Source of the DNA: Paragordius varius
Taxonomy: Eukaryota; Animalia; Nematomorpha
Assembly (NCBI GenBank): GCA_964247055.1
Contig: OZ176051.1
Span: 14,136,001 to 14,200,000 of the forward strand
Length of the DNA stretch: 64,000 bases
Reading direction: 5' to 3'
A program made the position numbers and the translations under genes. The notes under the pieces were generated by a model. The model had not been told where the DNA came from and did not search any database. It saw only the letters and a list, made by a program, of their open reading frames with translations. Below are positions 12,826 to 26,900 of this stretch, piece by piece; the stretch's first letter is position 1; each line of letters begins with the position of its first letter.

Positions 12826-14265
12826 TAATGGTTGGATAATTAGCATAATTTGCAGATACATTGAAAACGTTCTGGGCGGCGTGTGTGAAATTATAAAAGT
12901 GCTAATATGTATAAATAAGAATATGTTTAAAAGTTATATCACATTATTACCATATATTTTACTAAAAGAATAAGCGTGCCAGATTAATTAACTATTTTGG
13001 ATGGGTATTAAAATCATAGTTGTTAAAGTCCTAAAAAATGGGGTTATCTAGCATCTATAGGTATATTAACTCCAAAAACTGATTTTTTGGCTATCCCGAG
13101 AAAATTTTTGGTATCAACCTTTTTAAAAATTAAAACACTCTTCATAAAATTTTGCAAATTGTTTATGGTGGTTTAAAATTGTAAAATTTGGGTAAAATTT
13201 TTGAACAGCTTCTTGACATTATACCTGAAAGCATATGGATTAACATCGGTATAGATTTTTAAACAAAACGATACTGTTAAATGATTTCCTTTCAATGGCA
13301 AACTTTGAATTTAATTAAAAAATGTGATTGTTGCATTTTGGATGTTTTACATTATATAAATGTAAGCTAATTAAACTGATAATATTTTTTTATATATTGT
13401 ATATCGATTGGTATAGTTTGAGCCGCCATTGGAAAAAAAATAAAAAGTTTCTTAAACTTCTTCAAAAACAGCGTGAACTGATAAATGATTTTTTTGCATT
13501 CACTTTTATTATATTATATAAAATTCTGAAAACTTATGAGCATCAATATTGAAAACACGATTAGTGAATATAATTAATTTTTTAAATTTACGGAATAATC
13601 ATCATTTTAAATTAATTTTTTCTAATATAATATAAGAAATTAAAGGTGAATATTAAGGAATTTTTATTACAAAATTAATTAACTTTTACAGTATGAGTAA
13701 GTATACATCTAGAAAGTTATTATTTATTGCCAAATACCACATGCAACAAAGTGCAATATTATTGGAGGCTTATAGTTATTTTTTCACTTTTTACTATTAT
13801 TAGCCAATAATAATTTTCTTTGTAATATTAATAACTTTCTAGCAATATATACTCCATACTGTATATTTAGTAAAAAAAATGGTCATGATGTTCGACGTTT
13901 TATGCAAAGTTTTTTTATGTTGAACGAAAAATATAATTTTTATACAAATTTTTCAGATTTTTTATATAATTGATTGGTTTTTGTTAATCTTATTATCATC
14001 AAATTTAATTAAAAATGAAATTAAAATATTGTTAAAAATATTAAAAATAAATCTAAAATATTTAATATACTTTTTTGTTTAGCCCCTATGAGAATTCTCC
14101 AATATCCATAAGGGAATTAGGTTTGTATAACTTTAAAATAAGCTTGAGCAATTATTAGATAAAACTATTCATCAGAATTAACTAATTATAATAACATCAC
14201 TGGGGAAAAGATTATAACATTTAAAATAAAGATTTTCGCATTGTATATATGTTATTTTTTTAAAA

Positions 14266-14562
14266 CAGATTGTGTACAACATATATGAATTCGCCGGCCG
14301 CAATGAATCATACGTGGGTCTCACTTAATATATATATGGACATTCATAAATATTTGTAGATATTCCAAACAAAAGAGTGTAAAATACAAACCCAATATAA
14401 CAATTTTTTCTAGTTCTGCCTATTGAAATTATTTAGAAAGATTGATTCAGAAATATCAATTTTGTTAAAATTAGTTGGCATTTTTTGCAAATTAAGAATT
14501 TTAAACTTTTTCGCGGGCCGCCCATAAATTTGTAGGAGGGCCGCGTGTGGACATCCCCCCTG
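14266..14562. mobile_element. hAT (Buster/Charlie-like) MITE
   Basis: Degenerate CAG..TGT.CAAC / GTGGACATCCCCCTG termini, gcgggccgc subterminal motifs, 8-bp flanks ttttaaaa/ttttagaa. Confidence 0.7.
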
Positions 14563-14939
14563 TTTTAGAAGAATCGTTCAAATCAGAACTTATTGAAAAT
14601 TTTCTTCCTTAACGTTTGAAAAAGTAATTTATACCAAAGCAGTCAAGTGCAAGGCTTGTGTCACTATATTATATCGAAATATTTCATTGGCAAATGAACC
14701 ACATGGTGATGGATAGGCCGCCATATAATATTATGTTATAAAACAAGCAAATTATTGCATTTCAAAATTATATTTTAGTTGCTTTAAGTACATACACATA
14801 CCTCCATCGAAATCAGATTAAGCGCACTTTCGAAATAGTTTCTATAAAATGGTTAATATAGATATATACAGCATTTAAACTTAAAAAGAAACCCCCAAAA
14901 GCCTTATAATTAATTATATAATATGCATTAGCACTAATA

Positions 14940-15465
14940 CTCTCATCATACCAAAGTTAAAACACACCAGGGAGTGACAGATGCTATTGAAATAAACCAA
15001 GGCGTCTATCAGGGGTCAGCAATCAGTCCGTTAGTATTTATAACATGCATGGACGAAATTTTAAAAAAAGTGAGGCAACATGGTGGCTGGTATTTTCTTT
15101 ATGCAGACGACCGAATAGTGCTGTCAGACGAGTAGCGTGAATTGAAAGAATTGGTGGTTAAATGGATTGATAAGTTACGACGATGCGTTTAAAATTTATA
15201 AACAGAAAACGGAACTTATAAATTTCTGTGGGAAAAAACGAGAAATGGAATTAGGAGAAGTGTGGGTATTAAAAGGTCAGGAATGCAAATATTTAGGATC
15301 TATTTTAGCAGCAGATGGTTCTTTAGCGCATGATATAAATTTAAGACTTCGTAATAGTAGGGCAAATTATAAAAAGATCTCAAATGTTTTGTGCGAAAAT
15401 ATTGAACTTAAAGTCAAGGGTAAGATTTTCAGTGCTGTTGTACAGCTTACAATGATTTACAACTA
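14940..15465 (+). mobile_element. RTE LINE fragment (same family as 36096-38647)
   Basis: Nucleotide-level match to the RT region 37700-38230 (GVYQGS..SPL, LYADD, CKYLGSILAADGSL); stops and frameshifts. Confidence 0.92.
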
Positions 15466-15867
15466 ATATATTATTCTAGTCATTTAAGCGCATTTATTTT
15501 CGATCATAATTCTGAAGCTTTTAGCTATCGAATTATATATGAATTATAAAGAAGGCTTTTTTACGTACTATATATTACTTGGCTCATTAAGGTAATATTG
15601 ATATTTACGTGAAAAAATGTAAAATTTCGGTAGCCAGACGCGCGTTATACAATTTTTGTATTATTATTTCACTCACATTACACCCAATGCAAATAAATAT
15701 TATAGAAAATATTAACAATACATTTTATCTTTATTGTTTAAGGCTATCCTCGTTAAATTTTTTCCCAGAATTATATATTGCGTAGTATATGACTTCATTA
15801 ATATTCAAAAAATTACTTATATAAAAAATATCAGCCATTTATATAATTTATTTTTCTAAGAGCATCT

Positions 15868-18800
15868 ATGTTATCACGCTACTTTATCCTCATATTCTTA
15901 GGATTAGAAATCCATGCAATAAGTATAATCATTACATTATAATTTTAAATTTCATCTTTTATAATTTAATCAGATTGTCAATCTTCTGCGAATGAAACCT
16001 GTTATGAAGCTATAAAAAATACGTTTGGATTAAACAATCCATATGCTGAAAAAAATCGAATTGCATTTTCCACAACGTTGCCGATCCCCAGGAAATATAT
16101 TAAAGTCTCCGAACTTTTGGGTATATAATACTTCTTTATTATATTTAATATGTTTCGTAAAGTACCAAAATTTTGGAATCCATGCATAATATTTAAGCCG
16201 ATCTATTTTAGTGTTAAGAATATGAGAAAAGTTTTAAACTTTGTTAAATTTGTGGTTAGTTTAAATTATTGTACTAATTCTATTGACATGCCATATGTAG
16301 AAATTTTTTACATCTTTTTTCATTTAGATGTGGTAATTTTAAAATATAATCCTATAAAAACTCTTGAACTTTAACACACAGTAGCGAGAGCTATTATACA
16401 TTTTGGTATCTAAATTCGATAAAAATTTACCGTTTTTATCATTACATTTTTGAATATTGTTGTTTGACATAAATATGTAATTATTAATAAAATATTCATA
16501 CCAAAAAATACCGAAATGGACAATAATATGTCCAATTAGTGTGTTAGCGGTCTTGCTAACAAAAAGAATTAAAGTTGTTATAATGGGAAATTTTTTTAAT
16601 AGCCTTATTTTTATATATATATAAATATATTTATTTAAAAATATACTGACAATGATAAATGAGTTATTTTTTTCGAATAGATAAACGTCCATTAACCAAA
16701 AAAAGCCATAGGTTGGACAAATATCATGACAAATGTTTTAATATAACTAACGATGATATGAGCAAGGATGCTTTTGCCGATTGTACTAAAAATCAAACCG
16801 GTAGAGATGAAAAAGATATGTTGATCGCCATAAATAATACTGATAATAATACTTTATTGACGAAAAGGGAAAATGTATACATAGACCAACTTCGTAATTT
16901 TTATGAATCATGTACTCAATACCACAACGCTTTTGACAATGGTACATATACATATGACAAATCTGGTCATCTTTCGCGGTCCAATGTATCAAAGTGGCTT
17001 AGGAACTATATTGTATCGTTATATGGTCCCCTCATAGCAGAGAAAAGTCTAAAAAAAATTATTTCAAACTCAAGCTACCCAATTACGATGGATAATATAA
17101 CAAAAGGTTTTTACCTCTATGGTTTGAATTCGAAATTAATAATAATACTGTTTGTGTTATGATTTATTACAGGAGGATGGGCCTCAACAAAAATTGCCAA
17201 AAATTAAATTTTGAATAAAGTGCGTTTTTAAATAAATTTTTTTTGATGTCAAGATCTTGCAAAAATTTAAATTATGGTGCTATGGGCTATGAAGATATTT
17301 TAATAAAATCCTATGCTGAGTATAGCGGCTTCTAAAAATTCGTAAAAGTGACCTAATTTTTAATTCCTCCCCTTTTGTGGCACAGTTTTATAATTCATTA
17401 CAAAATTATTTAGTTAAAGAGTTTTAAAGAAAATATTTAATAATTGTGTTTTTTCAATATCGATTTTACTAACTTTGTCAGATAAATGGGTGTGTATAAC
17501 AGAACTGTTTAAAACAATGTTTATTATAAAAAACATATTTTTGAATGTCTTTAGAAAGATATGCTAGCAATTATGAATTACAGAGCCAAGATTATGCTAA
17601 CTTCAACAACCTTATCGTGAAAAATCCCTTTTTCCATGATATCCGAATCGATTACTCTGGTGCCCTAGATTTTGCTAGTTCTCTCAATATCTCACTCAAT
17701 CAACTCAATGTAACAAAAAAATGTTTAAAAATTGAAACGAATTCCCAAGACTTAGTCGCACGTAAGCTGTATATACAATATCGCAGCCTACTGTCAAACA
17801 CGGAAGAAGCCATTAAAATGGATATAAAAGAGTTAAAGGAATCCTATTTACTTCTCTGGGGTGATGATTTGCGGAAAACACAGATGGATATAATTGAAGG
17901 ATATTTTTGGCAAATAGAGAATATACATCGCAAACTAATTCAACTTATTTCTCAGTATAACGCCAAAGATGTGAAGGTTATATCAACATAAATAATATAA
18001 TAATTAGTGATACAGCACACTTAGATGTATTAGCTAAAACTATTTATGTGCAAATATTAATCTTTTGTATATTTATAAAATTTTAAAGTGTATTTAACTT
18101 GACATCAATATAATAATTTATTGCAAATACAACCGCCAAATAACTTGAAAATTGAGAATCTTATTATAATTTTTAAAGGTGATACCATTATCTCAATTTT
18201 TAATTAGAGTAAAATCAATCAAGATTGAATTACCGATCAATTTTATTATCCATATATATAGAGCTTGCATTTCTGGCGCCGGGTGACATCATGAGGGCCC
18301 CCCTCCATTTAACCCCTTGCATTTAAAAAAAATTATTACCGTGAGCGGGAAATGTGACCCGTCATAAATAGAAATACGTGAAAAAAATGAACATTCATCC
18401 CTCCCCTTTGAAAACGACGGCCTGCTTAGTAAATGTATCAGTAATAAAAATGTAATATTAGTTCGCGAAAAGTTTGATTTAGTTAAATATAGATGTTGTG
18501 TAATAGCAGTAGTCAAACTGCATTCGAAAGCGTGGCCCGACTAAAAAATTCTTTGAAAAATGGCTTGCCTCCGAAAAATAGTGGCAATCTTTGGGTATTA
18601 ACAACATCAAAAAATATCACAAAAATTAAATATAAATTTTCATGAAACTGCCTCCCTTGACATAAATATAGCATATTATATATTTAATCCACATTTATTT
18701 CTTTATCGTATTATTATATTTTATTATTATATGGTCCTCTATTGTATGGATATTGTCCAAAATATCGAAGTGCCGTCGTTACATAGAGGTGTTGTTAAAT

Positions 18801-20934
18801 TTTAATTATCTAAAAAGATTGCTGCCCCGTTGTTGGGCAGAGATGTTGTTTAATTATTAGTATCTAAAGGTGTGTTATTGGATTACAATTATCTGAAAAT
18901 ATTGGGCCGTCGTTTTTGGGTAGTAAAGTGGAATCGGTATTATGTGATTTTTAGTTTGTGCAAATATGATTACCTTTCTCTCAATTGCGGTATAATAAAT
19001 TTCAATTTTTCCTTTTTTAATTTTGAGAACCAATAATAGGTTTTCCTGATAATACTAATTTGATGCTTATTTTTCTTGTTTGAATTATCATCCTATCTTA
19101 CCCTTCGAAATTATAGCAAAAACGATTAATTGGAATAAAACTCAAAAATATTTGATGTCATAATAAAAAAACTGAAATTTAACCGAAACCGTTTTAGGGT
19201 CCGGATCAATTTTTTTCTGATTTAGGTCCCTGTTCGATTTTTTTAATCAAAAATCCTGATCTTTTTTTTTGAAGCAGCAGATAAGTAGACGTTTTAATGG
19301 CCATGAAAACATACAATATAATTGTTCCAGTTCAAACGTAGGTCTATTTCACCTAGCAATATTGATTAATAAAATATTTTCGATGGTCCTATGTTAAAAA
19401 ACTTTAAGTGGCATTAAAAATACTTGAAATAGGTATCATAATAAAAATATAATCATAATTTGATACCTCTTTAATGAATAACAATAATGAAATAAAAATA
19501 TTTTAAATTCAAGAGCAGGGTATAATGTGTGTGGATATCCCATGTCCGAAATTAGGAAAGAAAATTAAATATTTTTGAAATTCGATCTTATAATATAAAT
19601 TTAATAAATTTTAACATAATGGGTGGCACATTGATCAAGCAATATATATAATTTTGAAAGAAAATTAACATAAAATTAATTGTTATTCTTATATCTGACA
19701 CTTTTAATTTAAAGCAAATATTATAAGGTAGGGTACATGATGATATGAACAGGTTGATGTTAAGAAAGGTAGGCGCTTGAACAATTATATAAAAGGATAT
19801 GACACAATATTTTTTTTCAAATTAAATTAAAATTTTTAAAATCCCCCTCCCCCAACTATGGCTACACTGCGTGTACAATTTAAATGTTGTTGTAATTATT
19901 TAATAAGGCGAACTCGCCAGAGATTATTACTTTGAGAGTGTTAAAATATATTAATAAAATAAAAATTTGGTAATTTAAAAATATATTTCTAAATTTGATA
20001 TATGTCACCTTTTATTCGCTCCTCTATGATGAATATAACATTTGCACGTCAATCTAGAGTGTTCTTGAACACTTCAAGCTGATCCTTGAACATTTCAAGT
20101 TGGTCCTTGAATATTTCAAGTTGGTACTTGAAAACTTCAAGTTCTTTGACTTTTTTTAAATTTCATAAATCAAATCGTAATTCATTAATCTATTTTATCG
20201 TTTTAGACCTATTATTATTTAACATAATATTAAATAATTATCTTTAATCATTCAGAAACCGTATATCATTATTAATTAAAAATTTTTTGTATTAATAAGT
20301 TTTTAACACATAATTAAGAAATATATAAGTTTTCTGGGTTATTATTTACAATTTTTTATTGAAATCATTTAAAAGTTAATAGTTTTGTTAAATTGGAAAC
20401 AAGTGGGAATAAAAAATTTTATTTTTAAATTAATAGATAGATAATAAATATAGAAAATTAGGTTAAAAAATAATAAACTAAAAAAATACATGCAAAAATT
20501 ATGGTTAACCCATAATTTAAAAATTTTAAGGACCAACTTGAAGTGTTCACGGACCAACTTGATGTGTTCAAGGACCAACTCGAAGTATATGTATATATAT
20601 ATAAAAGAACTGTTAACATTCATTCATTATATTGATTTACGTTCCCAAAAAATATAAACTTTGATGAATTCATACATATTTAAAATCCTGTTTAGCACAT
20701 ATTTAAATTATTTTTTATCTTTTACAGACTGTTAATACCACATTGGAGGAGTTGAAGACCCGTTATAAAAGCGTATGCATTAGAAATTTATTATTTTAGT
20801 TTTACATATATATGTAATCTTATAATGTAATTTTTATATATCTGTATGAATGATATCCATTTTACCATAAATTTTAGCTTCTGATTCATTAAACATAAAA
20901 CCCATAAACTGGATCCAATATTTTATTAGTTTCA

Positions 20935-20975
<41 letters not shown>

Positions 20976-23900
20976 GAAAAGGTTTTTGCTGCATCGATTT
21001 GTTAGCAAGAATAGATAGATTAATATATATTGTAAAATTTCGACTTCATGTTAACCCTTTTTGTATGAACTATAGAGTTTAAATTAAAATTGAAATACAT
21101 ACTGGAACATCTTTCTTGGTTATTTGCATAGTGCGACACTTAGATTATTAATTTACAAATACATAAGAACACAACAATTGATTAAAAGAAATATTATCTA
21201 ATTTCGTAAGACATGTGTTGTAATATGTAGCAAATGGCACAAAAAATGGTTAAATGATAAAATTATAGTGGTAATGTCAAAAATATTATAAATATATAGA
21301 TTTATGATCCGAGATATTGTATTCCGCGGCCGCACTAAAGATATAATTTAATACTTTAACACCTCAGCACTTTTAATATTGAAAAGCTTAGATTTTAAAA
21401 AACCAGATAATAATAAATGTTTTTTATTCTTTTTTCACCTCAAGACCGAAAAAATATTAACTTATTATCGATATTTGGATTGTTTTTTTACATAATAACT
21501 AGATGCATCCTCTATTGTATTTAATAGAATTCGTGCTTGTGTTATCAAAATGCGATTTTTTCATACTGGTTATAGTTAAAAAAAAATAAAAAAAATATCT
21601 TTAAACTTTTACATATCAAAAAATATACGATTAATCACATTTTTGGCGCGTATTGTTTTATATATTGAATAGATTTTAGGCATCAATTTTTTGTTAGTCG
21701 TAGTTTTAAATAGTTATCTTTGCTGTATATCCTTCATTTCTCTCAAACTTAAAGATGTTTTTATTACATATAATCTAGGTAAACCTGTATGATATTTTAA
21801 TTGAACGCCTTGACATTTTAAATATAAGTCTAACTGCATATACCACAGTAGTAATATACCTTCCTGACTTTCACCGAAATTATGATGAGTTTCTCTACAG
21901 ATTTATCAAACCATCCAATAATGAAACACACTACACCAAGTAATTTTGTTATTAAGTATTAAACATTATTCGTTTATAGAAGTCCTGGATATAAACCCCA
22001 TAAGCCTAAATTTTTATTAATTTAATACTGTGAAATAATATCATATGTATTTTTATTTAAATGACTCCACGATACCAGAGAAATTCATAAAATTGACTTA
22101 CGACATGAATGTAATGCGATAATGATGCATAAAGTATCCTACGTTTCCATTTTATTACTTTCTCAGATACCAGGGGAAAAAATTGGCCAATTATTAATAT
22201 AACATAATATTATAGGACTCAATTATCATTCTCACACAATAGTCAAACATATATGTTCACCCATTTAGGTGAGATGACCAACAGGCTCTTAAAAAATAAT
22301 CAAGATCACTTATTTTTATGAGGTCATTAGAAAACTTTACTATTTGATCAAAATACAAAGATATAATTTTGATTTAAAAGGCCTGGGTTGTTAACTGCCT
22401 TCTGTAAAATTTATCAATCATTTCAATAATTAATTATATTATTATCCCATATTGCCCGTAAAAGTATTGATAAACATGTACCGATAATTAGAAAAGATAC
22501 TTAAATAAGTTTTAGTTCAGAATGTTTCAAATTTGGTTTATATAAAGGCAATTTTCAATATCAGTTAATCGTTATCTTTGTATAGATTTAATGACATTCA
22601 TATAAGAAAGAGCCGATCACACAAATGTGTGAATTCAAAAGGAGCATTAAAGCGCAGACTTAAATATATGGCTATATAATTTTTATCCATTTCTTTATCT
22701 CACATTATTTTTACATTTCATATAAATTATCCGCTTAGAAAGCTTTCCTTTTTAGGATAAAACTGTATGATTTTTTAAAGGATTTCGATTTGAAATACCA
22801 TAATTTATATTGCTCCTAGTAAGGCTTAATAAATAAATGATTTTTAAGGCAGATTCATTATATATAATTACTAATATTTAGCTATTATTTTATACATTGT
22901 ATATAAACCGCATTGTAAAATTTATTTTTTAAATTGAATGCTCTAGAGCGTATTATGATTATGTAAAAACAATATTGGTGGCCACCAATTTGGCTTACCT
23001 ATATCCTGAATGGGCCGACATTCAAGTCACGCTTAACAAAAATTATCCATTTTTGAACGTAACCGACTCTCGTTTAAAATGTATGGATATTATGAGCCTA
23101 TTTAAAACAAATTTAAATCTTGTCATCAACAGTGATTTAGATGTACATACATTTTTGCAGGTAATATTTAAAAATTTGGAGCCCAAACTTATTAATTTTA
23201 ATATATATAGATAGACATTAACGGTATATTTCTTTAATTGCTAACTGATAAGAGAAAGTTTCATTAATGCAGAAGATCGGATAATTGTGACGAATAATAT
23301 TAATATTTTGGTGGATATGTATATTTTTTGAGCATAAATATCTGCAACTGTGTTAAACAGGCATAAGATTATCGGTATAACATGAACGACAAGATAAATA
23401 AACTTAGTTGCTTCTATTATATTTAGGTGATAACCACTAATCTAGACGCTTGCAATAAAATATAGATAGAGGCATATCCACTCCACTTACATATATATCT
23501 GATAAAGTTTTAGCCATTTTGACCTCTATATAATAGAAAAAATTTAAAAAATTGACTCAGTGAAATTTGTTTGGGACTTTTTTGTCTTATGAGGAATGAA
23601 TCACTCAATTTTTTAACTAGTGGAAGTTGAGATACTTTATATAAATATATAATAAATTCTTATTACTGATTATATTTAGGTACAAAAAATCAAACATGAT
23701 TTATCAAACACATTAACGCAAAACTTACAAATTTTTAATCCGGGAAGATTTTCTGATGTTGTAAGAACGATAATCCAACATAATATTTTAATGATTATAT
23801 TGAAATTATATTCTTGATATAACTTAGGTCGTTAAAACAACGGAATGGACCTCTATGAACCCCATACAAGTTTTTTGCTATTTATTAACACATTAAAATT

Positions 23901-26900
23901 TAGATCAGGGGTGTCCAGCACAAATGGCTTCGCGGGCCGTATTTTTTGGACCCAAAAAAGATGGCGGGCCGCATTCGAGATAAATATGGCAGACTAAGAC
24001 TGTTAAATGTAAACACAATATAATATTTATTTGCCAATTAGGTAGAATTAATCAGAAAAATTGTTTAAAAATCAACAATTTTACCAAGATTTTGTAAGCA
24101 TACTTTTGCAGATTATGGATTCCCAAGTTTTTCGCGGGCCAAACATAAGATTGGGTGGACCGCATGCAGCCCGCGCTTCGCATGTTGACACCCCTAATTT
24201 AGACTAATATACTTTTTAAATCTAACCTTAAAAAAGATTGGGTATGGTAATTTTTTAGTTAAAAATAATTATGTTTTGGCCTTTTTCTTTATTTAAAATA
24301 GTGGTCCCAACAGACTTTTATTCACGCCACACCAAAATAAAAACTTGCGCACCCCCTTTTACCTCGTCATAAAAACGATAAAAATGAAAAATCTATTATA
24401 TAAATTCATAATTATAAGATCTTCAAATATATTTTCCATACGGGGACAAATTTAGATAATTTGTTTCCAGTTTTGTTTTGTTAATGAACTAGTAACCTTA
24501 TAATTTAAATTAAAGCTCCTCATATTTCTACGCCTTCCCTTTGCGAACCACTTATTTAAAGGATTTGTTGGTCATACCCCCAAAGAACCTATTATTAAAA
24601 TATGGAACATTATACGATATTAGTTATAACTATGGTATGAAACTACGAATTATACCATTTCGATCAAAAGATGGTTTAAACATCCATAATATAATATTTT
24701 TTAATGATTTATATTTTTTTTTCAAGTTTTTTAGCGATTTTAGAAAAACAAAAATCGATTATTTTCTGATAACAATTTACCGCAATTTTAAATGTATATT
24801 TATTAATTTAAAATAATGCCCTGCTTAAACCATATGTACAATTTTAATGAATCCTAATATCATAAACACTATTTGAATTATATGATTAAAATTCTTAAGT
24901 TTAATACGTAGGTAAAATCAGTACAAATGCAATTAAATAAATTTGGCGCTTTAAAATGAGTTATTAGTTTTTCGCTATAATTTTCATTTTTTTGTTTAGG
25001 TTTCATATGGCTCCGAAATTATTGATTTTATACCTAATCTGTTTAAAATGCAATTTTTTGAACGCTTCCTTGATTACATCGGGTATGAGTATATATTTTT
25101 ATAAAAAAATATTTCACATGTTTGTAATTCAATGAAAATTAAAATTTAACAAAATGGAAAACCAAAAAACATACATTTTAAAAAAGTTTAAAGACAATTA
25201 GCGAAAACAACCATACTTCAAACCTTGATTTATCGCATATAAACTATTTTATCCATTGAATAATATAATTGTTTTTTAAAATTTATGATATCTATTCTTT
25301 ATTTTGCAACAAAAATGATGGTAGATTAATATAATCAAGGTTAAAAAAGTATGGCTATTTTTAAAAAATATTTGTATTTTGGTTTTCACAAGTTAATTTT
25401 TACTCTAATACTATCTATACTCTTGATTAATATATTTACGTATAATTTCTAAATATTATTTTACAGTTATGACCAACCTAACGGAATCACTGGTTTACGA
25501 ATTACTAATAGCACATTCATGTAAGTACAACCTAAAATATTACTATTATTTACACCAATGATACACGCCGGGCTCCAAGTATATATTATGCCACGCGAAT
25601 TCGAAAAAAAATCACCGCACAAATTCACATGATTTAAAAAATATCCTAAAATTTAACCTTTATATCATCTATTTAAATATTATTTTTAAACTAATAAAAA
25701 CTATATCTTTGTCATAGACAAAATTAATTATCAGGTAAAAGGTTATTTTAAGGCCGAACTACAGGGTACCCTTAAATTGGATTTTGTACAGTACTATGAG
25801 TTCTTTAAGGTTATAATTATCATTAATTTATATGGGAAAACAATGTCAAGGTTTTCTGTTAAAAAAGTGTGTCTGTCAATTTTAGGTTTTGTATTTATAT
25901 AAGGGATTCCAAAACACGCTCGCAGGCACATACGGCCTTGGGTAATACTTAAAAATCCTCCATATGAAAAAAATGTATGATAATATCTTATTTTGAAGCA
26001 AACAATAAAAATATCACCAGTTTTCCCTTTAGGGCATTATATTTTATGTTATAAAATTTTAAAATGTGTGTCTTTTTAAATTTGATAAGCACCGTTAATT
26101 GTTAGTTATGGATTTCGATTTTTATCCGTAAAAATATTATGTTTGTTGTCCGATTAGAGTGGATTTTTTTTAAAAAAATCAATCATTACTTTATTTGGAT
26201 ATAAAATATGTGGCCTTTCATTGATAAACTTTTAAGTGGATAGATTGTTTTTGATTCACACTTGAATTTTTGTTCGAGATGACATTTTAGGGTAGTTTTC
26301 TACCATAAAAAGTATTGAAAAAATCCTTTTGTTTAAAATTTAATGATAAAACTCCCTTCTCCGACTGCTTGAATTTTAACAATTTTGGAACTTCTATAGT
26401 CCCGAATTCGGATAGCCTCAACACAGTGGCAGACAGCTGATATTAAGTAAAAATAAAAATTTACTCAAAATTATTTATTTGTTTTTCAACAATAATATAC
26501 ATTTATGTCGGTTGTGTTCACGATTTATAAAAAATTAAGAAATGGAGGTAAAAAAGTTTGAAATGAAGATTCTTTAGAATTTTAAATTTTTTTAAAAAAC
26601 AAATAATATCATGAGATTAAACTTAATAAAGTATATATTTTAATTGCGCCAAATGCTAAAAATGTTTTTTAAATTTTTAAATTTTAATGGTGAGGGCGTT
26701 TAAAAGCCCAGAAAATCATGTAAAAATTACATGACTTTATAAAGTATATCATATATGCCCAAGGCAACCGAATAATTGGAAATATTTGATCGAATAAATA
26801 TTCATGATTATTGTTACTTTATTTCTAAGTTCATTTGAAATTTAATAACAGTTAATGCCCTGGTAATATAATATTATGCGGCTCCCATATATTTTTGAGT

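Noticed and set aside
16490-16580. Hydrophobic stretch KWTIICPISVLAVLL as the type II anchor of the M13-like gene
   Set aside because: No in-frame start or acceptor and no donor in the required phase; exon 15868-15922 fits the phase and supplies a signal peptide.
17173-17210. AG-GGW segment as the M13 GGWP exon
   Set aside because: All frames hit a stop before any GT donor; LYGP in the previous exon already fills that position.
18270-18910. GC-richer patches and ~55-bp imperfect repeats in an intron
   Set aside because: Probably MITE debris; termini and TSDs could not be defined.
23211-23320. LIRESFINAEDR as the next M13 exon
   Set aside because: Phase-incompatible with the 23160 donor; exon 23680-23760 fits cleanly.
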